Part shown: piece after piece, positions 52,797 through 64,000 of the stretch | How the letters are laid out: each line of letters begins with the position of its first letter | Numbering within the stretch: the first letter of the stretch is position 1 | Assembly: GCA_964057225.1 (NCBI GenBank) | Contig: OZ059897.1 | Span: 12,710,001 to 12,774,000 of the forward strand | Direction: 5' to 3' | Length of the DNA: 64,000 nucleotides | Source: Auanema rhodensis | Lineage: Eukaryota > Animalia > Nematoda | The notes under the pieces: model-generated | Database searches by the model: none | The model's input: the letters and a program-made list of their open reading frames with translations, nothing else | Told to the model about the DNA's origin: nothing | Made by a program: the position numbers and the translations under genes

Positions 52797-52810
52797 GTTG
52801 CTATGGCAAC
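52797..52810 (+). promoter_or_regulatory. X-box (RFX/DAF-19 site) GTTGCT AT GGCAAC
   Basis: Full match to GTHNYY-AT-RRNAAC, ending 48 nt before the ATG of a ciliary gene. Confidence 0.9.
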
Positions 52811-52858
52811 TCCTCACCCACCGCAACGACTGGCCATAGATATTATCATCAAAAGTAA

Positions 52859-53530
52859 ATGTCCAGTAAACATCCTGTAGTTTTAGCTTTACAATTAATT
52901 CTAATATTTTTGGATGTTATATTTAATGTGTTATCTGTATTATTATTTTCTAAAAATACATTATTGTTAATGATTTATATGTAAGTTCTAAATATTTGAA
53001 ATTTTATTATTAGCATTTTCAATTTTAGGCTTCAAGATACTGTTATTGTTATTGCTTTAATAGTTTTAGTAATTTCACTATCTTCAACTTTTTTATTTCA
53101 AGCTGGTTTAATAAAATTTTTGATGAAGGTAACTATTCATAAGTAGAAATTTAAAATACTGTATAATTGGTATTACTTTAGCGGTTTGGACTCTCTTTGT
53201 TAACTTCAACAGTATATCTTGCACTTTCCATAGCTTTACATTATCTAAGTTTGGTAGGATTTTTGAATTAAATAAATCTTCATCCCGTTTACTTACAGAG
53301 TCAACGTTGGGAAAACTCTGTCGAAAATATATGGAACCCTTGGATGTTAGCCTTATATGTTACTCACAGAATAGGTATCCCTGAATTTTATAGATTAAAA
53401 AAACCTTTTCCAAATTTTAGCTGCAACTGTTTATTATTTTTCTTACAAAAGGACATCAATTCTTTTATCAGATCCAAAGTATTATCAGATAACGGATTGG
53501 CTGAAAAATAAAATTCGTGATGCTTCATAA
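52859..53530 (+). CDS. tmem-138: TMEM138 ciliary transition-zone membrane protein (Joubert-syndrome gene orthologue), about 160 aa, 5 exons
   Basis: Absent from the ORF track. Spliced: MSSKHPVVLALQLILIFLDVIFNVLSVLLFSKNTLLLMIYM|LQDTVIVIALIVLVISLSSTFLFQAGLIKFLMK|RFGLSLLTSTVYLALSIALHYLSL|SQRWENSVENIWNPWMLALYVTHRI|AATVYYFSYKRTSILLSDPKYYQITDWLKNKIRDAS*. Carries the TMEM138 hallmarks TFxFQAGL, VYxALSIxLH, RW and YKRT...DPxxY. Confidence 0.93.
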
Positions 53531-56052
53531 GTATTCAGATTTATAGGTTACTATGATTATTGTTTTATTTTTTTTATTTTTAATATTTGTATAATAAATA
53601 TTTTATTTTTATGAAATGTTTATATATTTGAAGTATAATATTTCATGGTTGATAACTAATCATGTTGTTTCTTAAGCACATGACAATGCCAACGAAGCTA
53701 CTTATGTTTTTTGATATTCTGCTTAAGGCTTTTTGACTATTAGTCGTTTCAAGCTTTTCAAATAATCTTCTGTTAGTTTATAGTTTATAACAAGTATAGG
53801 AAATTGATCTGGCGGTCAATAGCCAGATTAGACTAAGAGATTTCTTCAAGGAATTTCAAAGAATTGTAGCCAAAAGTAGCATAGAGGACCGGATGGAATG
53901 TTTCGGAAATGAAATGCCATCTAATCATGGATTTATCCGAGACATTATTAAGTTTTTGATCAATTTAAAATAATTAGAAGAATATGATTGGTCGTTTTTC
54001 ATGAAGAAAGCTTCATCTAATTCTGTTGGTGACAGAGTTTGTGTTTCTTCATTTTAACGCTGTCTTCTTCTACACTTCTCTTCTTTTTCTTTTTGCTCAA
54101 CCTTCTCTCTCATTCTCTGTTTCTTTTTTCATTCTCTCTCCCTTTTTCTCGCTTCTTTTCCGTCGTTTTGTCTTCCCACTTCTTCTGAAATCATTCTTCT
54201 CTTTCCTTATTATATCTCCCCTCTTTAACTATTCCTTGTCTACATGCCTACAACGCCGTTTGCTTCATTTGTGGCATAATCTTGGTTCTTTATTCTATTT
54301 GTTTACGAGTAGTTAATTTTTTCTCATTTCTTTTTATTCGTTTTTCTTCTTTTTTTTCGGTCTAACATTTATGTTTGGTACTTCACCATTTGTCTCTTCA
54401 TAAACTTCATAAACTTCATAAACTTCATGCTCTTCTGATGTTCATAGTCCTCAGTATTTTTTCAGATTGAACTTTCCCTCCTTTTTGCTGCTGGAGAATC
54501 ATTATGTGTTATAATAAAGCGTTCAGTTTTCTGTTTATTCTGTAAATTTTCCAGTTATTTTTTCTATTATTAGCTTAAACAATCAAGAAACGAACTTATG
54601 TTTTCATATTTTCCTGATGCTCTCTCTGATTTCAAATTGTGAGACAGATCAAGGAGATCTGAAGATTAATCAAATTTTTTTCCCAGACACTATCGAACAA
54701 AATTCTTACTGTGCTTTAAGCTTTATATAACTTGGTATTTATTCACTAAAAAAACTAAAAAAATGATGATTCTTACTCTACTCATCAGCATGCCTAATTT
54801 GATGCTTAATTTGATCCGCCTAATGCGCTATCATCCGTAAAATTCTAATTATAGCAACAGGCTAGTTAAATCTTCTATGTGTAGGTTGCCTATACATATA
54901 TCTCTGTTGAGATGACGTCCCAATTCTATGCCCTTTTTGCAAAGGACGACCATAGTGAAATCGTTATATACTTGCTTTCCCTAAGTCTGTTCATTGCTTC
55001 AATCCACTTCTTTTCCTTATTTCTTTTCCCGTTCCCTCCGTTTCTCTGTTTTTTTTCTTTTACTCTCGTTGAATCTTTGAGATTTTTGGCTCAACTCTTG
55101 ATCATCAATCGACATTCAAAAAACTGAATGTTAGTTGCTCGTATTCAGAAGATGCATGATCAAAGGAACAATTGGAGCATACGATCTCCGATGCCTTTTT
55201 TTCGTTACATCATAAAGCTGCAAATATTCTATTTGAACCTTTTATTGGTTAGATATACATAGTCTTGACGATTTCATTTCTGAGCATTCGGAAAATTATA
55301 TTTCAAAACAGAATATGTGTATATATTTATGAAGCTTATTAATACTTTTATTATAATGATTTTTAGTTGTAATATCATCGTCTTTGATGTCCCAGAAAGA
55401 ATTTAGAAATGACTTCTATCTATATATACATTTGTATATTTATTCATTTATTCTTTCATCTTTCTTTAAAAAAACCATAGTAATTTTGTAATTTTATTTT
55501 TGAATCTATGATCTATTAAAATTTAAAAAATTACATTTGAATTATAAATTTTATAGATTATAAAGAAAGTTAATTTATTTATTTCGAATTCACTTATACC
55601 GATTTCATCCTATAGTTATCGATTTTAAGTAGTTTACGAAATTTATTTATTTCTAATATTAAGATAAATTGAAAACGGTTGAATCTATTATATATTTATA
55701 ACAAATTATTCAATCTGTATCATATTCTAACATATAGTTATTCCTATGATCATGATGATTACTACTAAAGAATCAATATAATTACGTTAATTACTCTATA
55801 TTTAAACTTTAAAATTTTTCATTTTTAAACATTTATAGTTGATTCAATTGCTTGTTTCACAACTTCAATGCTTGATTATGACGTCAGCTTGCAACATCGT
55901 CATCTGAATCAAAGTTTCCACAAAAGATTGCCACCCGCAGATATTTACGCCATTTAATTTCGTCTTTTTTACTACTTTTAAATTATTTCTCTATCTCTAT
56001 TTGTTTAAACTTTTATAATAGTTCATATAAAAAGGTTTTTTTATTTCAGAAA

Positions 56053-57272
56053 ATGAATTTACTATGGATGTTTATATTAGTTTCTCATATAAAATGTGCA
56101 ATAATTGGAGAATGGGATGATGAATATCGAGATTCTTATGAACCTAACAAAGGCATTTTATGCTCTGATCATGATGTAGAACCAAGCTTGAAAGTAGGTT
56201 TTATAGCATAATATTTTATTCTATTTAAAAATAGTGAAATTTAATTTATTCGATTATAATATAATATAAAAATGTTATTTATATACGTATGATATATGAG
56301 TATTAAATATAATAATATATTTAAATAGAAACATACTACTTATTTTACTATATTACTTAAAAATTAGTCATATCATTCATTAATTTCATTTAAAAACTTT
56401 TTTTCATTCATGATAATGGATTTCTTTTCAGTGGTTTGTAGATGTTTATAGAGAAAAAGTATATCCATTCTGGTATCTTGGATGTGGAAATAATGAAAAT
56501 ATGTATAATACTATGTTAGCTGCAGAAAGAGCATTGCCAAGTAATAATGATAAAATATTGTTATTCTTGAAATAGTCAATGATGATTTCAGCTGACAGTG
56601 CTCAATGTGAAGGATTCAACATGACTGGATGGCCAACATATGGATCATCTTCTGATGAAACAGATTATAAATGTCCAGAAGGTAGTACATATTTACCTTA
56701 TGGAGAATATTCTGCCATTTGTTGTGATAAAAAGACAGCAGGTGAGACACTTCTCTTGAAATAGCTTATTTCATTCTCAATATCTTGTTTCATTTTCAGA
56801 AAGATACCGTGAAAGTAAGAATTCCAAATGTCCAGGCGGTGAACCTCTTTTCGAAATCGAAGTAGTTCATATGGATAATGAGATGGAAGTTGAATCATTC
56901 CGCGAGAACCGAACATTATTTGGAAAATCCTGTCATCATAACTTCTGTCCTAACCGATACATTTGTATACAAGGAGAATTTGAAGCATTTTGTTGTGCAG
57001 AATCGGACGATGCATCAACAACCACAACGAGAAAAACCACTAATATGCCAAGAAAATCTAATATCAACGAGTCGATGGGATTTGTTGAATGGTTTAGAAA
57101 ACAATTGGTAGAGAGTTCTCTTCTATTCCGATTTATTTTTGTTACATTGGCAATTTTTCTTTTTGTTGTTTCTTTATTAGTTTGTGTCACTTGTCGAACA
57201 AGTCGAGTACGTCGTCCATTATTTCATCCAAAGTATACTGATGCTAAAGAAACGATGACATTAAACCCTTAA
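56053..57272 (+). CDS. Type I membrane protein, about 290 aa: signal peptide, degenerate Kunitz domain, two nematode Cys-rich modules, Thr-rich stalk, TM helix
   Basis: Exons 56053-56193, 56432-56540, 56592-56741 and 56800-57272 join in frame; TTTCAG lies 3 nt before the ATG. KWFVD...PFWYLGCGNNENMY resembles the Kunitz core. GKSCHHNFCPNRYICIQGEFEAFCC is typical of small nematode Kunitz proteins. TM FIFVTLAIFLFVVSLLVCVTC. Confidence 0.8.
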
Positions 57273-59721
57273 TTCATAATAATTTTGAATATTCTAACAG
57301 GTAAAATGATATAATATTTGAAAAAAAAGTAATAATTCCTTTGTATTGTTTTATAAAATTAAAACAATAATTTTTATAATAATTGTAAATATTTAAAAAA
57401 TATATTATCATATCGTATACCGTATATGAAGTTATAAAACTGATGTTTTAGAAATTTAATTGTATAACTATTTATATCAAAATAATAATAATTGTAATAT
57501 TTTAATAATTCTAATACATTTGTATAAAATATTAAAAATAATATAATTAATGCCAATTTACGTTATCGGATTCAAGTAACCTTAATCAAAGTTGTTGACA
57601 AATATAATTAAAACAAATCAAAAGTAAAACCGAAGAACTCATTTGAATTCTCTTCTCCTTTTATAACATTTTCTAGATTATGTAGATCATAAGAATAGAG
57701 TCTGTACCTTATCCCTAATACTACAACTTAAAGCTTTGCTATATTCTACTTATACTACAAAATGTATTTTTAATTGTTTAAAATAAAATAATAAGATTTT
57801 TGAAATAATTTAAATAAATATACGAATATTATTTATGTTCTACAGCTTTATTCTAAATATATGTAACTATAATTTTTACTTATATTATAATATTTCTTAT
57901 TTTCATGCTAAAACTTCCTGTCATTTAACCGTAAATAAATATCATATTGAATCACCTTTCCTGATTACTCATAGGCAATTGGGAGAAGAAAATGATGGAG
58001 TTATGAACAGATTTTAAAGTATTTTCAATGTTAGACATGACAAACTTGTTTAGAAGGCATTATTTCAAAAAATATATAATAATTCTGAGAATGAAAAAGG
58101 ACAAAGGTGAAAGAAGAAATAGATTGTCGTACACATTGTGTACGCCCTATTAAAGCTCAAGCTGTCGGCAAAGATGGAAGGCTGTAAAGGAGATCTTTCA
58201 TCCTTAGTTCTTGATTCAATACATTCTTTCAACCTTTTTACATTATAAATATTACCGATTCCTAATGTAGTTCTATCAATTTTTGAAAATGTAGTTCTAA
58301 ACACAGTTCAATGCATTAAAATGAAATATTTGAGGTTTAAATTAGTTATCTGAATATCGTTAAAAATATATCTTCATGTAGAAAAATGTGCAAAATTTAG
58401 ATGAAATTTGAGTTGTTTCTTAGTCAGCTGTCTAGTCAAAATGATAAACATATGATGTTGTTGTACATACAGTTATTGAAAAAAATTAAAGTTTCGTGTG
58501 AAAAGTTAATAAATGTTGACAGAAATGAAAAACATTAAGGTTTTAAATGTTTAGAAAACAACAATTTTAGTTGCTAAGCTAACTATGCTCTTCTCTTCTT
58601 TTTAGTAGAAAATGATATTATCAAGCATGACAGCTAACCATTTCTGAAAGTACCTTCATCTTTGGAAAAACTAACTATATATTCAATTTTATTTATTTGT
58701 TCTGTAAAAATACATATATTTCAATTATTATTGATGAATTTTATAATCGTTATATATAAATGTATTTTTCTTCGAAATAATAAACTTAGATTTTGTGTAT
58801 TTCGTAAACCTTTCTGGTTTTCTTTCAAAAGAAAAAAAAACAGCTAGCTCTTTTTGATATGAATATAAGTTGTATGTTCATATACTTTGAAAGTAAATCA
58901 AATTTTTTTCTTTAATAACGCTTATTGAATTTTTTTTAAAAATTCATATTCATTGTCTTGATGTTAAAATAAGAAAAAATACCAATTTTCATCTCACTTT
59001 GTGCTGAATTTGTGACAGCATTATTGACATATCAATCAGAATTCATTCTTTCTTTTCTTAAAATCTATGCAAAAATGCATGGAAAATGTAAGTAAAATCG
59101 TAAATTTAGAATAAATGAAGTAAAGATAAATTGAAAAAATTCATTGAATTTTGTTGAAAAAGAAAACAAGTAAGTAGTTATATAACTACATTTTGAAATA
59201 AATTTCAAATTTACTACATAAGATTAGGAAGTTATTATTGTTTTAAAAATGTTTTATACAAAATTTTTTGAGAAAACTAAGTATTTACTTCAATAATCAT
59301 TACTTATGGACATCCTGTATGATATTTGTTCAAAGAGTAAGATCTTATATTCTATTCATGTGTTTCATTTTCTTTAAGAAAGAATTTTTCTAGTTTGGCT
59401 CGACAAGCTTCATGGCAAGTTCGGCCTTTTGTAAAAAAAGTTCAAAAGCAACTTTTATGTGTTAGGTTATTGTACAGAACGAATAAAATTATTATTTTTA
59501 GACATATGAATTCCACTTTTTGAATATTTCTAGCTTTGAAAATAAGAAAATTACATAAAAGAATTGTGTTAGTGGTCATAACCTGGGACATTCAATGCAG
59601 TCAGTATGAATAGTGATGAATTCGTCTTCATTTTTCTTTTTATTCCACATTTTTTTCAACCATTTTGTGAAAATGTCTTTGTTATTGATATACATAGATT
59701 GCAAATACTTTTCTATTTTAG

Positions 59722-59861
59722 GTTAATCTGCGCTTCCGACTTAGAAAGAGCAATGAACTTCAAAAAAACTCAGGATGACTGATTGCCAAGCTCCGCTTTT
59801 CGTTCTTGCTTCATATTCTTCTGGAGTGCCGCCTTCTAATGATCAAGGCGGTATCAACCAG
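59722..59861 (+). other. Candidate isolated first exon (MTDCQAPLFVLASYSSGVPPSNDQGGINQ) of a gene that may continue beyond the window
   Basis: A GC-richer 140-nt block bounded by acceptor attttag and donor CAG|gtaata. No downstream partner exon identified. Confidence 0.35.
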
Positions 59862-62800
59862 GTAATATTTCCTATTCTGAATTCATTCGTAATCGTTTTC
59901 CCTCTCTTCTTTCTGATTTTCATATGTATTTCCGAACATGCTCAGGATACAGATTTGCAATGTATTGAACTCTTACAGCAAATTAATCGGTAAAATTACA
60001 ACATTGACCTTTCATAGCTCAGAGGTTCCATTAAACTAATAAAGTTTTGAGCTAGTTCATAGCATTATGCCCATTCCCCTCTCAAAAAAATCTATTGCTG
60101 GACGTTAAGCACGAGAGCCACATGCCCATTTTTAATGAACAAATTTGATGCACCGCAGTAGATGGTACCAAAAAAGACAAACCTTTTCTGTTGATGAAAT
60201 ATTTTCATTTAATTTAACAGTTTGATGTGATGTAATTGAACTTCTTTATTTCTGCTCAAAATCATTAATTAAATGAAGTAAAAGGTCAGAAAGGTAATAG
60301 AAAGCATATTTTTACTTTTGCGGAACTATTTTTCTTGCAAACTTGAGAAACATAAAAACATGAAAATACAATTCTTTGTTCCTGGACTTTTTTTGCAATT
60401 TATAGGTTTCATATACATCTCGAGAAAATATTATTTAATTTTTTTTTTTGAAACTTAAAGGTTAACTTTATTATGCGAATTCAAATGAATGCTATTGAAG
60501 TCTTCATACACACAATTATTGTGTTGTTCTTCTAATACAATACAAGACACACAAGTACACAATTTCCGCCTTAGGGTACTCCATAATAAGTCTCTTACCA
60601 CGATTATACTTACTTATAGAATGAGTACATTTGATTTGAAACCTCAAAATTTAGTCAATTTTCGAAATTCAATGGAAAATAAGTCATTCATACATGTGTA
60701 TGTATATGGAATAGTACCCTAGCACCTCAATGGATTGGCCCTTTTCCAGCAATTTGTTGAATTGTTTTCCAGCTGGACTAGCTTTTACCGGCTTCTGGTT
60801 TTCATGTTGCTCCCCCCCCCCCCCCAACCTTCTAGATATGAAGCGGGGTTCTTAAACAACGGAGTACGAAATCAGAAGCATGGAATACCTATCGATTTCA
60901 CCGAATTAAGATTTGAATGAAAAGGTTTTATGAGCAACATATGAATAAAACCAAGTAAGCTTAAGCTAGAAATAAGAAGTCAAGCAAAGTATCTCAGATA
61001 AAATATTTTTTGAATTCAATAATTAATTTACTATTTATACACTTCATTTCAAATTAAATATTTAGATGTTGGCAAGCTCTAGCAAATCCAAAGTTATTTA
61101 GCGTTATACATAACGAACAGTTCAACTTATTTCCCTCGTTATTTTTCATACCTTTCTCCACCCACCCACTCTCCCCCCCCCCTCTCTCTCTCTCTCTCTT
61201 TTTTTCTCTCTATGTTTTAACCATTCTCTATATTTCCATCTATATCTCTTTTTCGTTTTTCTATAATTCTTTTCCACATACTCTTCCTCACTGCGAACCT
61301 TTTTTTGGTTTTTCATTGAAAATTCCTATTTGCTATCGTCCCTGAATTCATCCACGTACAAGCAAGTTTCGTTAGTAATAAACAGATATTGCGGTAGATG
61401 ATCCTTCTATGTTGATATCTATCTATTGGATTTATTGATATTATTTTTGTCTTTCATCTATATTTCTTAAGAAACAAATAGTTGTTACTTACACATGAAT
61501 ACCACACCTACCATATTGTCTTTCTAAAAATTCTTTTTATTCAACCTGTGACTTCATCTCTGTTTTCCAATATGAAAAACATCTTATGCAACGAACCAAA
61601 ACTACTTTTAACAATTTTTTTTGTTTAAATCAGCTTATTCATATGTTTCGATTTTAAATAAGTTCTGCAAGAATAACTGACTGAAAAATGAAAAAAAGCT
61701 CTTTTTTTTAAGTTAAAAAAAGTGAAAGAATAAGATGAGCATTAGATAGCAGACGCATTTATCAAAAAATCTCTTGCTCAAGATTAGTAAACTTCATAGT
61801 TCAATATAAGGTTAGCAACTAGTTTAGAAATAATCTCAATAATTTTCTTATATTTGTACTTCAAATATCCTTTAATAATCTTTGTATTATCATCAAAAAA
61901 AAATAGAAACATTCATCATCAAAAATTGAGAAATGCAAAGCGAAGAAGCTGATGAGCGACGCAAGAAAGGAGCAAACGTGCATTTTGTAGATCATTTGTC
62001 TTCTCCAGCAAATGGACCTGTCCATCAATGTTTTATACTTAAATATTTATTTCTTTATCCTTTGTATGAAACGTTCACCCAAGATAGATCATGTAGCACA
62101 GTTTATAAGCTTAATTCTTTTTCCTCTTTTCGTCAGTATAGGACATGTTACGTGTTTGAACTATCTTATCATTCATATTTTCAATATTTCTTTTCTTCTT
62201 ATTATAATATTCATTGTTTTGTTTCAAATTTATATTTGTTTTTAATATGAAATATACTATATAAATATGGATTATATGTATATTTATGTACATATTTCAG
62301 ATAATTAACATCAACTAGTTGTCAAATTATAGTCTTAGATATGTAGATAGCTAATATATCTTACTATGAAATAATTTAAAAAACTCTCATTGAAATTCTA
62401 AAAATATTCTAACTCTTATCCATATTTGTAATCATTTTTCATAGCATTTCTAATGCTAGATACGCTTCTTTAATTCTATTATAAACATTTTATATTCTTA
62501 ATTATACAAATTCTAATGTCAATTATTAGCCATTTTAACCTGATTATTTACGTTTATGTTCCTTTTTTTTCTCAAAAAACCCCAGAAGAATCCCTATTTT
62601 CACAATCTTTTTTTTTGGTCAATAGTCTTTGTTATGCAATCTATACACTTCCTTTATGCTTCTGACCCTCTCTGTATTCTGAATTATACTGCTTCGTATG
62701 GGCGTTCTAACTCACTTTCCTATGTTGTTCAAAAAATAATATTCTTTTTTCAAAGTTTAATAGATTGTCAACTTATTTTTCAGTTTATTGTTTTAAATAA

Positions 62801-64000
62801 TTATTATATCTATTAATTATTTTAAATGTATTGATGGGTAGTTGCGGGCTACCATCTCAAAAAAGTAACTTTACCCTATCATTTTCTGATTTTCGAAACC
62901 TAAACTAAGAAAAAAACACATACTTATGGTGACGTAAGCAAGTTGAAACTTTTTTTTCATTATTTTCAAATGATCTTTAATATCTTATCTTCCGAATTCA
63001 TACAATAGTTCGTAAATGAATATGTAATATGATGCTGCATATCTGCATATCAGTTACATGATGCCATCATCTTGCTGTACTTCTTGAAGACGTAAACTTT
63101 TGTCCTTATGCTGCAGTAGAGAGATAGTTCCAATTCAATTAGATTATTAGGCATTTTTAGTTTTGGTTTTGCGAACTTTACTCTCTTTATGACTTTCGTC
63201 TCAACAGCATCTTCGTGTTCATAGTGTGTTCATGACAGCGGAGGTCGTCCTTCTGTATCGCTTTTTGTTCTTTTAACCAATTGTTATTTTTTGGGTGCAA
63301 AACACCGCATATTATGAATTATCTTACATTTTCCTCGTATATTTTGTTTTTTTTCTTGTTTACAGCAATATACATATACACATTTGTATATATATATATT
63401 TATTTTTGTATATATATACTATATATTACCTAAATATTGAAGCAACTATCTCTAAAATTCTTTGACATTTCTAAAAGAGATAATTTAAATTCTTCATTCA
63501 GCCATCAATAATTTTTCATATTTTAGATTAATTTCATCTCTTTTTAAAACTTTTTTATACTTTTAACGTTTTCTCTTAATTAGGCGATTCGTAGAAACTT
63601 TGAAAATCTTTTTAATTAATTCGTTTTCAATATATTCTGGAAAAAACCTTTAGATTTTGAAAATATTCAAATTTAACTAACATTCCTTCATCAATTTATT
63701 TTATTTCTTTAATTTTCTTATTTTACTTCTATTATTTGCTGAAATACCAAAGGAAAAATTTAAATCTCTAACGATGTATTTCCTTTTTTTTCTTCTAATA
63801 AATCAGCTTTTTATTATTTGTTTCTTCTCCATGTTTCTTCATTTTTTTTGGCCAAAAAAACAAAAAAAATGTTTCGAATGTTTCGAATGTTAAGTCAAAC
63901 GAGACTATTTTCAAACTTTACTTTAACTAGTTTTAATGAAATTGTCACATACTCTTGCAAGAAAATACTTAAAACTCTCATTACTATGCTAACTTTCAAA

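Noticed and set aside
60489-62816. F/I/L/Y-rich ORFs of 60-105 aa
   Set aside because: Low-complexity AT-rich translations with no splice structure or recognisable motifs.

Overview
AT-rich eukaryotic DNA from a compact nematode genome, probably a rhabditid. Introns are mostly 41-55 nt with TTTCAG/TTTTAG acceptors, and putative trans-splice acceptors sit just before several ATGs; the species cannot be called from the sequence. Because exons are tiny, the ORF track misses or fragments most genes, so I spliced them by hand. Left to right: (1) 3' half of the LAR-type receptor phosphatase ptp-3 (+); (2) a small Ly6/three-finger-like, probably GPI-anchored gene (-); (3) an unrecognised 18-exon gene with an Arg/Ser-rich N-terminus (-); (4) a 21-kb atypical copine gene (cpna-2-like, about 5,900 aa, -); (5) a secreted M1-aminopeptidase homologue lacking its catalytic motifs (-); (6) rab-3 (-); (7) cap1 methyltransferase cmtr-1 (-), head-to-head with (8) ciliary tmem-138 (+), which has a consensus X-box; (9) a membrane-anchored degenerate Kunitz/Cys-rich gene (+); then about 6.7 kb of mostly non-coding DNA. 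The most striking structure is the copine gene's single 11.8-kb exon. It holds two hidden super-repeat zones (ten ~236-aa units, then about ten ~120-aa units), and three 705-bp units are near-identical. The protein looks like a membrane-anchored, length-variable, titin/nebulin-like spacer tipped by a vWA domain. No tRNA, rRNA, CRISPR array or intact transposon was recognised.
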